Notes under the pieces: model-generated
Database searches by the model: none
What the model was told of the DNA's origin: nothing
What the model saw: the letters and a program-made list of their open reading frames with translations, nothing else
Assembly: GCA_036820645.1 (NCBI GenBank)
Contig: DAISLB010000005.1
Span: forward strand, 9,346 to 73,345
DNA length: 64,000 bases
Direction: 5' to 3'
Origin: Clostridium sp.
GTDB taxonomy: Bacteria; Bacillota; Clostridia; Clostridiales; Clostridiaceae
Shown: piece by piece, positions 40,627 to 52,083 of the stretch
Layout: every line of letters starts with the position of its first letter
How positions within the stretch are numbered: position 1 is the stretch's first letter
Made by a program: the position numbers and the translations under genes

Positions 40627-43600
40627 TTACTTTCCAACTTTTCTTTCAATATCCTTCCAAACTTCTTCATCTTTTTTATCCTTAGTTATTTTATATTCAT
40701 TCCCTTTTATAGACGTATCAAACTGACAAATAGCAGAATAAATACAATAACTACATCCTGTTTTGCTTTTATTTTTATATGGAACTGCCTCTATATTTCC
40801 TTCTAGTATCTTTTCACTTAAGTCTACTATGGTACTTCTTACGTATTTCCTTAACAATTCAAATTGCTCCCTAGTTGCTAGAGATGACTGAACCTTTGAC
40901 AGATTGCCATCTTTATTTATAGAAGCACATATAATATCCGAGCTTTTTTCCATTTCACTATCCATTTGCTTTATTATCTCAGGATCGTTTAAAAGCAATC
41001 CATTCATCCTAAGACTCTTAAGTATCCTCTTCTCTATCTCAGAGTCACTTATATTTCCTTCCGTTTTTATTATAGGATCATCCAATTTGAAATACAATAT
41101 ACCTCCCGGTATAGCTTCTTTATTAAGTTTTTGATCTAGTTCTGCAAGTATAGCATCTAAATATATTAAAAGCTGCATTTGAAAACCATAATATATATCT
41201 GACAGCTTAAATTCCTTAGCACCAGATTTGTAGTCTATTATTCTAAGATATACAACTGAATCCTGCTCTAATAAATCTATTCTATCCACTCTACCTATGA
41301 GACTAACTTCTTCTCCGGAATGAAGTTTTATTGAAATAGGAGGTATATCCCCAGAATCTCCAAAAGAAAGCTCATAAGCCCTTGGTATAAAATTACCTCT
41401 TTTCATATGTTCTGCTATAAGCCATACTGATCTTGTAAGGATCTTTTTTAAATTATCTGTAATATGTTTATATTTCTTTGAGCTGTTCAATATAGATCCC
41501 GGTATACCGTTTAAAGTACTATCTACTACAATTTTTACATTTTCCTCACACCAATTTTTATCTATATCCTTCCATGTTAAATTTTTTTCTTTTAATTGTA
41601 TGGAAAACTTTTTAAGTATATCATGCATAAAGCTTCCCAAATCCGGAGAACTTAAATTGTACATTTTTCTATCTTTAACTTTAAGTCCATACTGTACAAA
41701 ATATGCAAAGGGACACTGTGCAAATTTTTCCAACCTTGAAACACTTATATTTAAGTGTCTTCCATAAAGTCTTCTAACTTTACTCTTATCCAAAATTTCA
41801 ATATAATTATTATAGGAAAATCCCTTTAAAACAGTTTCAACTTTTTTACTCCAACTAGGATCATTTTTATACCATCTATATACATTAATCCACAGTGGAT
41901 CTACAGAATTGTTATCTTCTATGCTTCTTCTTATATTTGAAATCAATTCATTAAATGTATCTTTAGGTCCATTTACAGCTTCTATTCCTGCTTTCTCTCC
42001 CAAAATGCCTTTTAAATTACTCTCTTCTTGAATCTTAGGAAATAATTTTTTTATAATAGATATGACAATAGATGGTCTTTTACTTTTTCCTTCTTCATCG
42101 CTCATTGAATAACTAAATGTTAAATATTTATCTGCTTTAGTAAGTATTCCATATACCAAAAGTTGTTCTTCAAAAGCCCTGCTTCTAGTATCTTTTGCAA
42201 GTTCAACTCCTCTTTCTCTCAGTTCATCCCTGTCTTCATCTGTAAATACTCCATCTACAGGTATAGATGCTGGAAATATTCCATCGTTAACTCCAACAAT
42301 ATAAAGTATTCTTACATCATGACTTCTTAGCCTAGTTACACTACTGACTAAAACTTGATCTAAAGACGCAGGTATTACCCCTATTTCATATTGAGAAAAA
42401 CCATTTGCAAGCACTTCACTAAATAGCTCCATTCCAATGGATTCATCTCCTATAACAACTGCTATTTGATCTAATATATCTACTACTATATTCCATATTT
42501 GACTGTACTCATTTGCCTTGTCTAATTTAGAAGTATTTCTAAATTTCTTTATAAGTAACTCCACTTTTTCTGGCACCTTTAAATTACACAAAAAATTGTA
42601 TAGCCCTTCACACATCTCTTGTCCTGTCTTGTTGCCTTTTATATCCTCTGAAAGCTTTAAAATAGGTTCTCTAACTTTATCCCTTATACGGTTTATCTTT
42701 TTTAAATATTCTGTCTCTTCTTCAGACATTTCTTCATCATAATTTTCATAGTTTATCCTATAATTCCAAGGCTTTGGATCAACCCATCTCTTTCCCCTTA
42801 TTCCATTGGCGAGCACATAATTTTCTAGCATATCTACCTCATCAAATTCTAAATCCAAGAGTCCCGTTTTTAAATATCTAAATACAGCTTCATAGGACCA
42901 ATTTTTCGAGAGTATTTCCACTGCTGAAATTATTAAAATTATAATAGGACTATCATCAATTTCTCTTTTTTTATCTATAAAATAAGGTATGTTATATTGA
43001 TTGAACACAGCTTTTATAATATTTTCATATCCATCTAAATCTCCTGTTACAACTGAAATATCTCTAAACCTAAAACCCTCATCCCTGCACATTTTTAATA
43101 TATCCCGGGCAACATTTTCCACTTCAGTATACTTATTCAAGGCCTTAAACACCCTTATGTTTGAACTTGGCCTTTCATAAATTTTATAAGGATAAGAAAA
43201 TATGTATTGCTCTAAATGCTCAAGCTCTGCATTACCTTTAAATCTACCATAAGAATTGCATTTTAATGCTTTTGGTTTGTCATAGGCTATATTATTATTT
43301 TTAGCTATTTGTAAAAGCTTTTTTTCCGTGATTTTTGTAGGTAAAAACAGGTCCATACTTTCAAGGGAAGAATTCTCACTTAAAATATCTGTACATAAAG
43401 TTATATTTGTCCTATATGATTTACATATAATCTTTTCCAACACTTTATATTCCTGTGGCGTAAAACTGTAAAATTCATCAATCCATACTTCCGCATTGTT
43501 AAAAAAATCAGATTTGTCAAGTTTTTCATATAGCAAGGATAGTATATCCTCAGAATCTATATAATTTTTATGAAGTCTCTCCTGAAACTCCGAGTAAATT

Positions 43601-44079
43601 ATTATTATATCTTCTAACTTATTTTTCAGATTTATATTTTCTATTCTATCTAGGCTATCTTGTAAGAGTTCAAGGGATATGTTATACTTTTTTAATTCAG
43701 TTATCATATCTGAAATCATATTTACAAAACCTTGTTTTTTAGTGGATTTCCCAAATACTTTTAATTTCTTTTTATTCCTTTCTATTATTTCGTAGAGAAG
43801 TATAGCTTTTCCCGAATCATTTACATGTTTTCTTGTACCACCACCTACTTCACCAAATACCCTTTCTGCCGTTCTTTTAAAACTTAACACCTGAGCTTTC
43901 AGCATTCCCTTCTGTCCCACTGATTTTATTAAATTTTTTTCTGCTTGAAAGGAAAATTGTTCGGGTACTAAAAGTATGAGATTTCTATTTTCATTTTCTT
44001 CTATTCTTTTTTTTATACTTTGAAGACAATAATAACTTTTCCCACTTCCTGCCCTTCCGTATATAAACCTTATACTCAT
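40627..44079 (-). CDS. addB: ATP-dependent helicase/nuclease subunit B
   Basis: GRAGSGKS, LVPEQ, SVSRLE..CPF, GRVDRID, IDYKSG, C-terminal Fe-S cysteines. Confidence 0.95.
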   Translation of the reverse strand: MSIRFIYGRAGSGKSYYCLQSIKKRIEENENRNLILLVPEQFSFQAEKNLIKSVGQKGMLKAQVLSFKRTAERVFGEVGGGTRKHVNDSGKAILLYEIIERNKKKLKVFGKSTKKQGFVNMISDMITELKKYNISLELLQDSLDRIENINLKNKLEDIIIIYSEFQERLHKNYIDSEDILSLLYEKLDKSDFFNNAEVWIDEFYSFTPQEYKVLEKIICKSYRTNITLCTDILSENSSLESMDLFLPTKITEKKLLQIAKNNNIAYDKPKALKCNSYGRFKGNAELEHLEQYIFSYPYKIYERPSSNIRVFKALNKYTEVENVARDILKMCRDEGFRFRDISVVTGDLDGYENIIKAVFNQYNIPYFIDKKREIDDSPIIILIISAVEILSKNWSYEAVFRYLKTGLLDLEFDEVDMLENYVLANGIRGKRWVDPKPWNYRINYENYDEEMSEEETEYLKKINRIRDKVREPILKLSEDIKGNKTGQEMCEGLYNFLCNLKVPEKVELLIKKFRNTSKLDKANEYSQIWNIVVDILDQIAVVIGDESIGMELFSEVLANGFSQYEIGVIPASLDQVLVSSVTRLRSHDVRILYIVGVNDGIFPASIPVDGVFTDEDRDELRERGVELAKDTRSRAFEEQLLVYGILTKADKYLTFSYSMSDEEGKSKRPSIVISIIKKLFPKIQEESNLKGILGEKAGIEAVNGPKDTFNELISNIRRSIEDNNSVDPLWINVYRWYKNDPSWSKKVETVLKGFSYNNYIEILDKSKVRRLYGRHLNISVSRLEKFAQCPFAYFVQYGLKVKDRKMYNLSSPDLGSFMHDILKKFSIQLKEKNLTWKDIDKNWCEENVKIVVDSTLNGIPGSILNSSKKYKHITDNLKKILTRSVWLIAEHMKRGNFIPRAYELSFGDSGDIPPISIKLHSGEEVSLIGRVDRIDLLEQDSVVYLRIIDYKSGAKEFKLSDIYYGFQMQLLIYLDAILAELDQKLNKEAIPGGILYFKLDDPIIKTEGNISDSEIEKRILKSLRMNGLLLNDPEIIKQMDSEMEKSSDIICASINKDGNLSKVQSSLATREQFELLRKYVRSTIVDLSEKILEGNIEAVPYKNKSKTGCSYCIYSAICQFDTSIKGNEYKITKDKKDEEVWKDIERKVGK

Positions 44080-44100
44080 AATAATCACACACCTGTACTA

Positions 44101-45555
44101 TTAATTTTTCTTCATATTCTTAATTAACTTATTCCATTTATCTACATAACTTCCTAATAACCATTGAGACATAACTGCTGTTTCTCCATTTTTCAAGTCA
44201 AATTCCCTTTCTAGTTTGCCTATTTTTTTATTATTTAAAAGATAAATTTTTAACTTAGTTTCAGTTAAAATAACTATAAAATCTTTATTTGGAGAAGTAT
44301 AGGCATCTATTGCATCTGGTATCTCTTTTTTTATGACATCAAATGATGGATATAGGTCATCATAATCAGTTAAAATTGTAGGAGGTGCATACATCACGTC
44401 AAAATCCCCATAGGAGATTCTACCTCTTAGCATCCACCTGCCGCTTCTCCTAGCTACAGACCAATTAGTTTGCAGCTTATTTTCATCTATTTTATTTTTA
44501 CTTAAGTTCATCTTTTTTAAATATAAATCTGCACTATATTTTAACCTACTTCCTGCATCGTCTCCAAAAGCTTTAGAAAAATCCATCTTATTTCCATTGA
44601 AATTATCTAGAGGAAGTACACTAAAATATCCACTTTCAAATCTTTGGTCACCATCATCATCATTATAAACTTTTCTGTCATCCATAGAAATATATTCTTC
44701 ACCTACAAATAGTATTTCGCTGCTACACCCAGAAATATTACGATATTTAATTGTTGAAGTTTTGTTGTTTCCAAGGATCTCACTCCAAACAATATCCTTT
44801 TTCACATCTTTTTCACATACTTTTTTTACTCCCACTTTCCAAAATCCACTTTCCCTTGGAATTACTAAATCTTGTATATTCACAATAGGCATAATCTTCC
44901 TATATGAGGAGCTTATCCACAAAGTTCTATAATTGTACCCTAATCCCGACTCATCAATACATTTAAGTCCTAAAAACAGTCCGGATTTAGAATCCATCTT
45001 CTTTTGACTCTTTGAAATTATAATCTTAGAATTATTTTTATCCACATTTTTAAATCCAAAATCGTTCATTTGTGTGCCATCCTTAATGAAAAAAAATATT
45101 ATTCCATCTGTAAACTTTAACATTACATTTCTATTTATCTGAATGAATTCATCGAAAAAATTGTCTTCAGAGGATACAGTAACCACTTTTATATACTTTT
45201 CATTTATTCCTATGGAAGAGGGGTCAATTTTAAAATTACTTTGAAAATAATCCTGACTATCTAAAACTTTTACTTTAAAACTAGGATTTTTACATATCAA
45301 ATTATCAAAGTATACTCCCTTATCACTGAATTGAGCCTTTTCACCTATCATACTTTTAGCCTTGTCCTCAGGAATAGAAGAGTCGCCTGTAAATACATAT
45401 TTATCTAAAATCCATGTTCCTGCAATAGGTAAATTTATATTCTTTACGGGAACAATGTTGGGATTAAGAGAAGAATTTATATTTTTATACACTACAAATA
45501 CTATACATACAACTAAAATACCAATAAGTGCAGTAAGCTTTTTCAAAAATATCAC
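44101..45555 (-). CDS. Exported/membrane-anchored hypothetical protein
   Basis: 484-aa ORF, N-terminal hydrophobic segment, co-oriented with the two-component pair. Confidence 0.75.
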   Translation of the reverse strand: MIFLKKLTALIGILVVCIVFVVYKNINSSLNPNIVPVKNINLPIAGTWILDKYVFTGDSSIPEDKAKSMIGEKAQFSDKGVYFDNLICKNPSFKVKVLDSQDYFQSNFKIDPSSIGINEKYIKVVTVSSEDNFFDEFIQINRNVMLKFTDGIIFFFIKDGTQMNDFGFKNVDKNNSKIIISKSQKKMDSKSGLFLGLKCIDESGLGYNYRTLWISSSYRKIMPIVNIQDLVIPRESGFWKVGVKKVCEKDVKKDIVWSEILGNNKTSTIKYRNISGCSSEILFVGEEYISMDDRKVYNDDDGDQRFESGYFSVLPLDNFNGNKMDFSKAFGDDAGSRLKYSADLYLKKMNLSKNKIDENKLQTNWSVARRSGRWMLRGRISYGDFDVMYAPPTILTDYDDLYPSFDVIKKEIPDAIDAYTSPNKDFIVILTETKLKIYLLNNKKIGKLEREFDLKNGETAVMSQWLLGSYVDKWNKLIKNMKKN

Positions 45556-45568
45556 CTTTTCTAAAATT

Positions 45569-46963
45569 CTAGTTGTCTTCTACTGGAATGGTCAAAGTTA
45601 TTTCAGTTCCCTTAACCAATTCACTTGTTATCTCAATTTTTCCTCCATGAAGTGAAACTATTTCTTTGCATATTGATAATCCTATTCCATTGCTGCACTT
45701 GTCACTTTTGCCTTTAAAAAACTTCTCAGTGACTTTTGGAAGTTCATCTTCAGGTATCCCGATTCCAGTATCACCTACTATCACAATTAAGTTTTCATCT
45801 CTTATGAAAGCCTTTAAAGTTACCCTTCCTCTTTCTTGTGTAAATTTAAAAGCATTGTCCAGCAAATTGTTAAGCACCTGTTTAATTCTATTTTCATCCA
45901 GTAAAACCAAAGGCATATTATCCTGAACTTTTACAGAAAAGTTTATATTTTGTCGCCATGCCCTTAGCGAAAACTGTTTTTTTATATATTCTATAGTATT
46001 TTTTATATCTACATAATCTTTTTTCAGTGTAATTTTACCAGATACAAATTTGGAAAAATCTAAAAGTTCTTCTACCATTTTAGTTAGCCTATCACTTTCA
46101 TTTTCTATTATCTCAAGTCCAGTTTCTAATTCTTCCCTATCACTGAAATCTCCAGTTCTCATAGTAGAAGCCCATCCCTTTATAGATGTAAGTGGGGTTC
46201 TGAGTTCATGGGATACGGAGGCTACAAATTCATTTTTTAGCTTCTCATTTTTTAATATTTCATCTGCCATAAAATTTAGTGCATCAAATAGTTCCCCTAT
46301 CTCATCATCTCTTTTCTTTTCAATTCTCTCATTAAATCTTCCATCAGCCATTTTTCTTGCCATAGCTGTAACCTCTCTTACCGGTCTTGTTATACTATTT
46401 GAAATGAACACGCTTATAATTCCTGCCATTATTATTACTGCAATTCCTATAAATATGAGCATAAAAGATATTTTTTTTATTATCGTGTCCACTTCTGAAA
46501 GAGAAGTGACAAATCTAAGTACTCCTTCAACTTTTCCATTGGATTTTAAAGCTTTAGATACATACAGCACTTTTTCACTAGTTTTTTTATCTGCTTCTAT
46601 AGAAATGCCTAAATCTCCATTTAAAGCATCTTTTATGTCTTCGCCATTCACTTTGCCAGGTATAAAGTTTCCTATAGAATCCATAAGCATTCTTCCTGAA
46701 ACATCTATTACTTGAACTTCTGCAGAAGTATTTTTCCAAAATATATCTGCATTGTCACTTATATTTTTTTTTAAACTGGAAGAAGCTAGATAACTATTAT
46801 AAAAGTCTACGGAAACCTTTATCTGATTAGAAACCATATTCTCCATATTTTTATAATAGTATCTGCTAATGGAAAATATTAAAAAAGATTCAATTATCAC
46901 TACAGTAAAAATTATTATAAATAAATAGCCTCCTATCATTCTTTCCTTTATTCCACTTAACAT
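45569..46963 (-). CDS. HAMP sensor histidine kinase
   Basis: Two TMs, HAMP, SHELRTPL, NAFKF, DTGIG, GIGL. Confidence 0.95.
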   Translation of the reverse strand: MLSGIKERMIGGYLFIIIFTVVIIESFLIFSISRYYYKNMENMVSNQIKVSVDFYNSYLASSSLKKNISDNADIFWKNTSAEVQVIDVSGRMLMDSIGNFIPGKVNGEDIKDALNGDLGISIEADKKTSEKVLYVSKALKSNGKVEGVLRFVTSLSEVDTIIKKISFMLIFIGIAVIIMAGIISVFISNSITRPVREVTAMARKMADGRFNERIEKKRDDEIGELFDALNFMADEILKNEKLKNEFVASVSHELRTPLTSIKGWASTMRTGDFSDREELETGLEIIENESDRLTKMVEELLDFSKFVSGKITLKKDYVDIKNTIEYIKKQFSLRAWRQNINFSVKVQDNMPLVLLDENRIKQVLNNLLDNAFKFTQERGRVTLKAFIRDENLIVIVGDTGIGIPEDELPKVTEKFFKGKSDKCSNGIGLSICKEIVSLHGGKIEITSELVKGTEITLTIPVEDN

Positions 46964-46964
46964 G

Positions 46965-47666
46965 TTATTTTTTTCTCCACCTATATCCTACTCCCCATAC
47001 AGTCTCAATGCACTTTGGTTTTGAAGAATTTTCCTCTATTTTCTCCCTAAGCCTTCTTATGTTTACATCAACTATTTTTGTATCTCCAGGATAGCTATAT
47101 CCCCAGACAAGACTTAAAAGTTCATTTCTATTCAAAGCTTTTCCTTGATTTTCTATAAATATTTTCATTAACATGTATTCTTTGGGGGTAAGTTCTAATT
47201 CCTGTCCATTTCTATAGGCCTTCATGGCACCATCGTCTATCTTAAACTCACCTGATACAAGCACTTCATTTTTACTATCACTTTGAATTCCTATTCTCCT
47301 CAAAAGTGCATTTACCCGGGCTATTAACTCCTGAGGATTAAAAGGCTTTACTACATAGTCATCTGCTCCAAATCCAAAGCCCATTATCTTGTCCGTGTCC
47401 TGACTTCTGGCTGTAAGCATTATTATACCCATCTTAGGAAATTCTCTTCTAAGTATTTCACAAGTCTTAAATCCATCCATTCCAGGAAGCATTACATCTA
47501 ATATTGTAACTATGGGATTTTCAAGCCTTGCCTTTTCTAAAGCTCTTTCTCCCGAACTTGCTTCTATCACTATGAACTTGTTTCTTTTAAAATTTATTTT
47601 TAAAAATCCTCTAATAGAAGCCTCATCTTCCACTATTAAAACTTTTTTCACATAGATTTCCCCCAT
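46965..47666 (-). CDS. OmpR-family response regulator
   Basis: VEDE, LDVMLP, KPF, winged helix ETVWGVGY. Confidence 0.95.
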   Translation of the reverse strand: MGEIYVKKVLIVEDEASIRGFLKINFKRNKFIVIEASSGERALEKARLENPIVTILDVMLPGMDGFKTCEILRREFPKMGIIMLTARSQDTDKIMGFGFGADDYVVKPFNPQELIARVNALLRRIGIQSDSKNEVLVSGEFKIDDGAMKAYRNGQELELTPKEYMLMKIFIENQGKALNRNELLSLVWGYSYPGDTKIVDVNIRRLREKIEENSSKPKCIETVWGVGYRWRKK

Positions 47667-47699
47667 ATTTCAATTATATAAAGTTTATAAGTTAATTTA

Positions 47700-47956
47700 C
47701 TCAACTTTTGCACATAACAAAATTTTAACTTAATATAAAAATAATGGGATATAAATTAATTCACAATGCACAGTTAACAATGCACAATTTCGGTAGATTT
47801 TTCTTCGCGAGTACTATGAAAAATCTAAAAACTAAGTAGTATGAACATTAATTTTTAGATTTTCTGTAACAACAGAAAATCTTCCTTAATTGTGAATTGT
47901 GCATCGTGCATTGTGAATTGATTACTTCATATTATTTTTAAACTACGAAAGTTAAG
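47700..47956 (+). mobile_element. MITE-like shell carrying a type D heptamer-armed core
   Basis: Ends CTCAACTTTTGCAC / TACGAAAGTTAAG; TTAATTTA repeated at 47692-47699 and 47957-47964; AATTCAC/AATGCAC arm and GTGAATT/GTGCATT reverse arm. Confidence 0.7.
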
Positions 47957-47983
47957 TTAATTTACTTAGAATCCTATAAAAAA

Positions 47984-48922
47984 TTACTTTTTCTGGAGCA
48001 TATCTGCTATTGCTGCCATATTTCCGAGAGAGGATATGGCTTCATTTGGCAATATCAATTTATTTGCCGGATTTTTAGCCATTTCCTTCAATGCTTCTAC
48101 CTGCTTAATTGCTATTACCTTTTCATCTGTACCTGAATCAATTATAGCCCTGTTAACAAGTTGGATAGCCTTAGCCTCTGCTACTGCTACAGATTCTATT
48201 GCTTTTGCCTTACCTTCTGCTTCTAACATTTGAGATTGTCTTAAGCCTTCAGCCCTTCTTATATTTGCTTCCTTTTCAGCTTCAGCTTGAAGTATCTTAG
48301 CTTGTTTTCCACCTTCAGCTCTTGCTATATCGCCTTGTTTTTGACCTTCTGCTTGAAGTATAACAGCTCTTTTATCACGTTCTGCTCTCATTTGTTTTTC
48401 CATAGCCTGTTGAATTTCAGCTGGAGGAATAATATTTTTAATTTCCACAGACAATATTTTTATACCATAGGCATCTGTTATCTCATCTACTACTTTTAAA
48501 AGCTTTCCATTTATTATATCTCTTCCTGATAGAACTTCATCTAAACTCATATCTCCCACAATATTTCTCATATTGGTTATAGTTGAAAAAACTATACCTG
48601 CTTTGTAATCTTCTATATTATATATAGCATCCTTAGCACTTAATATCTTATAAAAAATAACATTGTCAATAGATATCTTTACATTGTCCTTAGTTATAAC
48701 ACTTTGAGGTTCAATATCTAATATCTGCTGTTTATTTGAGACTTTTCTTCTTGCAAAATCAATAAATGGAATTAGAAAATGCCATCCTGGTTCCAGTACC
48801 CTATGAAATTGTCCAAATCTTTCTATAATAGTTACATAACCGGTATTTACTACCTTCATAGAAGAAATTATTATTGCAATAATAGCTACAAGTACAATCA
48901 AAATAAAAATTTTACTTACCAT
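47984..48922 (-). CDS. SPFH/stomatin-like (QmcA-like) protein
   Basis: ERFG, Q.VITKDNV, AMEKQMRAER...AEG repeats. Confidence 0.92.
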   Translation of the reverse strand: MVSKIFILIVLVAIIAIIISSMKVVNTGYVTIIERFGQFHRVLEPGWHFLIPFIDFARRKVSNKQQILDIEPQSVITKDNVKISIDNVIFYKILSAKDAIYNIEDYKAGIVFSTITNMRNIVGDMSLDEVLSGRDIINGKLLKVVDEITDAYGIKILSVEIKNIIPPAEIQQAMEKQMRAERDKRAVILQAEGQKQGDIARAEGGKQAKILQAEAEKEANIRRAEGLRQSQMLEAEGKAKAIESVAVAEAKAIQLVNRAIIDSGTDEKVIAIKQVEALKEMAKNPANKLILPNEAISSLGNMAAIADMLQKK

Positions 48923-48924
48923 AT

Positions 48925-49350
48925 TTACATCTCCTTTTTTATAATAAGTTTATTTCCTTCCATTCCAACTATTCTTACTGTGTCCCCATCCTTAATAGTA
49001 TATCCTTCATCTTTTATATTCCAGTACACTCCATCAATCTTTATTCCATTATTTTTTACCATTTCCGCATCTATAGTAATTTTTTTCCCCACATAGGTTT
49101 TTTCCCTAAGCAAAGTAGGCTTTATAGATTTTTTAATATTTTTTTTAACTATTGGATAACAAACAACTATAAGCACTATACTCACTACTAAAAATACTAC
49201 AAGTTGAACTATAAAAGAATATTTTAATATTCCTGCTACAATGGCGGCAATTGCTCCTATGGTAAACCATACAAATAGGAAAGCACTTGTTACCATATCT
49301 ACAAATAGGGCTACTAAACCAATTACAGTCCATAAAATAAGATTAAACAT
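48925..49350 (-). CDS. NfeD-like membrane protein
   Basis: Hydrophobic N-terminus, OB-fold G.YW; paired with SPFH gene. Confidence 0.85.
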   Translation of the reverse strand: MFNLILWTVIGLVALFVDMVTSAFLFVWFTIGAIAAIVAGILKYSFIVQLVVFLVVSIVLIVVCYPIVKKNIKKSIKPTLLREKTYVGKKITIDAEMVKNNGIKIDGVYWNIKDEGYTIKDGDTVRIVGMEGNKLIIKKEM

Positions 49351-49493
49351 GTAAATTTTCCCCCCCCTTTATCAAATTTTTTCATATTGCCTTTTTCGCC
49401 CGGTTAAAAAAGTAACCTATAAGTTTTTTCTACCCTTATATTATAAATAGTATACTATATCTATTCATCAATAAAGCTGAATTTATAAAAATT

Positions 49494-51413
49494 TTATTTT
49501 TGCATCCATAAATTAAAGCTAGCATCTGATGGCATCCTCCAATCTCCTCTAGGAGATAAACTTACAGTACCTACTTTAGGCCCATCTGGAATCGCCGATC
49601 TCTTGAATTGCTGAGTGAAAAATCTTTTTATAAATACTTTTAACCATTTACAAATAACATCGTTATCATAATCATTTTTAAAAGCTTGTTTTGCCAAAAA
49701 CAATATCTTTCCAGGTGAATAACTATGTCTAACAAAATAATACAAAAAGAAATCATGAAGTTCATATGGTCCCACTATATCTTCTGTTTTCTGAGCTATC
49801 TTACCATTTTTATCTTTAGGCAAAAGTTCTGGACTTACCGGAGTATCAAGTATGTCTATCAAAATATCCGATATATTTTTTGATACCTCTTTATCTGCTA
49901 CATATCTTACTAAATATCTTACTAACGTTTTAGGTATGGAACAATTTACACTGTACATAGACATATGATCACCGTTATAAGTACACCATCCAAGTGCCAA
50001 CTCAGAAAGGTCACCTGTACCAATTACAAGCCCACCTTCTTTATTTGCTATGTCCATTATAATCTGTGTCCTTTCCCTTGCCTGAACATTCTCATAAGTT
50101 ACATCATGTATCTCTCTGTCGTGTGATATATCTTTAAAATGTTGAAGACATGCATCTACTATATTTATTTCTCTAAGTTCTGTTCCTAAGCTTTTACATA
50201 GATTTACTGCATTGTTATAAGTTCTATCTGTAGTGCCAAACCCTGGCATAGTAACAGTTATTATATTGTCTCTCGAGATCTTTAACATATCAAAAGTTTT
50301 CACTGTAACAAGCAAAGCCAAGGTAGAATCAAGTCCACCCGATATACCTATAACCGCTTTTTTTGAATTGGTATGGCTTACTCTTTTAGCAAGAGCAGAA
50401 GTTTGTATGTTAAATATTTCCCTACATCTAATTTCCCTTTCATCTCTACCTGCAGGTACAAAAGGATGTTTGTCAATATCTCTATCAAATTTTCCATAAT
50501 CCATAGTTTCAAATTGAAAATTTATTTCTACAGGTTTATCCAAAAATAATTTTACGCTATCCCTAAAGCTTACATTTCTTAAACGCTGCGCAGTTAATCG
50601 TCCTAAATCTACAATTGTAGTAATAACTTGATTTTCTCTTTTAAATCTTTCACCAGACTTTAGCATTGCTCCATTTTCAGAAATACACATATCACCACTA
50701 AATACTAAATCTGTAGAAGATTCAAAAACTCCACAGGATGAATATATATAAGAACACATACATCTAGCACTTTGAGATGATATTAAGTCTCTCCTATAAG
50801 TCGATTTACTTACAACTTCATTAGATGCAGAGAGATTTCCTATAATATTTGCACCCATAAGGCATAGATAACTGCTTGGAGGTACTACTGTCCATAAATC
50901 TTCACATATTTCAATTCCAAATTTAAAAGTACCGCAGGTAAATATTAAATTTGTTCCAAAGGGTATATTGTCTTGAAAATAAAAATTAACCTTCTCATCT
51001 ATAACTTTTAACCCCTCTGTAAACCATCTTTTTTCGTAAAATTCCTCATAATTTGGAATATAACTTTTAGGAACAATACCTAAAATATTTCCTTTAAATA
51101 TTATGTATGCACAGTTATAAAGACAGCACTTATATGTAAGAGGTGATCCTACTGCTATTAGTATGTCCCTGTCTTTTGAGTAATCACACAGCTCCTTTAG
51201 AGCTTCTACACATTTTCCCAAAAGCAGCTGCTGCTCAAAAAGATCTCCACAAGTATATGAGGTTATACAAAGCTCCGGAAAAACTACAAGCTTTGACTTT
51301 TGCTCTAGAGCTCTATCTATGCACAGCTTTATATTGTTTAAGTTAAAATCTATATCTGCTACATTCGTTAAAGGACATGCTGCAGATACCCTTACAAAAT
51401 CCATTGATGACAT
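49494..51413 (-). CDS. nadE: Glutamine-dependent NAD+ synthetase
   Basis: Nitrilase domain (FPEL, K, ICEDLW), SGGLDS, ENVQAR, FKRS. Confidence 0.96.
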   Translation of the reverse strand: MSSMDFVRVSAACPLTNVADIDFNLNNIKLCIDRALEQKSKLVVFPELCITSYTCGDLFEQQLLLGKCVEALKELCDYSKDRDILIAVGSPLTYKCCLYNCAYIIFKGNILGIVPKSYIPNYEEFYEKRWFTEGLKVIDEKVNFYFQDNIPFGTNLIFTCGTFKFGIEICEDLWTVVPPSSYLCLMGANIIGNLSASNEVVSKSTYRRDLISSQSARCMCSYIYSSCGVFESSTDLVFSGDMCISENGAMLKSGERFKRENQVITTIVDLGRLTAQRLRNVSFRDSVKLFLDKPVEINFQFETMDYGKFDRDIDKHPFVPAGRDEREIRCREIFNIQTSALAKRVSHTNSKKAVIGISGGLDSTLALLVTVKTFDMLKISRDNIITVTMPGFGTTDRTYNNAVNLCKSLGTELREINIVDACLQHFKDISHDREIHDVTYENVQARERTQIIMDIANKEGGLVIGTGDLSELALGWCTYNGDHMSMYSVNCSIPKTLVRYLVRYVADKEVSKNISDILIDILDTPVSPELLPKDKNGKIAQKTEDIVGPYELHDFFLYYFVRHSYSPGKILFLAKQAFKNDYDNDVICKWLKVFIKRFFTQQFKRSAIPDGPKVGTVSLSPRGDWRMPSDASFNLWMQK

Positions 51414-51617
51414 ATATTTTCCTCCTCAATAATTTTTTAACTTCTATATATACTTTATATACTTTATATTATACGTGATGTAAAACAAATTTAAAGCTAT
51501 TTGTAAGTTTAATCTTAAATTCTAATAAATTGCCTTTTGATCTAGGTAAGTGTAAACCATACAAGGATAGTTTTTACTCAGGAGGAGTAAAATATAGCTA
51601 AAGATAGAAAAAAAGTT

Positions 51618-51671
51618 AAAAACAGGGTATTGTAACTTAATCTCATCACTAATTTTAAGTACAATACCCTA
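51618..51671 (-). terminator. Intrinsic terminator after the 80-aa ORF
   Basis: AGGGTATTGTA.CTTAA / TTAAG.TACAATACCCT stem, T-run on minus strand. Confidence 0.65.
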
Positions 51672-51737
51672 TCTTTATATTACATTTTGCTTCAAAGCTG
51701 CATAGAAATTTTATATCAAAAACAAGTTACACAAATA

Positions 51738-51980
51738 CTAGTTATGTAAACATTTGAACAAATCATAGTGTATAGAAGCGCCATTTTTATACTCATCAAT
51801 AAAAATACGATATAATATCCTGTCATTAATTAAAGTTTGTACAAATACACCATTTGAACAAATTGTATACTTCTCATCTTCAAATTCAAATATATCCATA
51901 TTAGTCTTAATAGTTTCAATCATAGCCTTATCAAATGATTCAATTTTTTTAAAAAAATTTTTTTCAGAACTAATTATCAT
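51738..51980 (-). CDS. Hypothetical protein, 80 aa
   Basis: GAGGAG RBS before ATG and a downstream terminator. Confidence 0.6.
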   Translation of the reverse strand: MIISSEKNFFKKIESFDKAMIETIKTNMDIFEFEDEKYTICSNGVFVQTLINDRILYRIFIDEYKNGASIHYDLFKCLHN

Positions 51981-52083
51981 AATTCACACTCCTCGTATAC
52001 TAAGTTTATAGTCAGTTAAATAACTGCCTTATATTAAATTTAGGTTATTAAAAAATTAACATGTCAATTTTTTTAATATTTTA

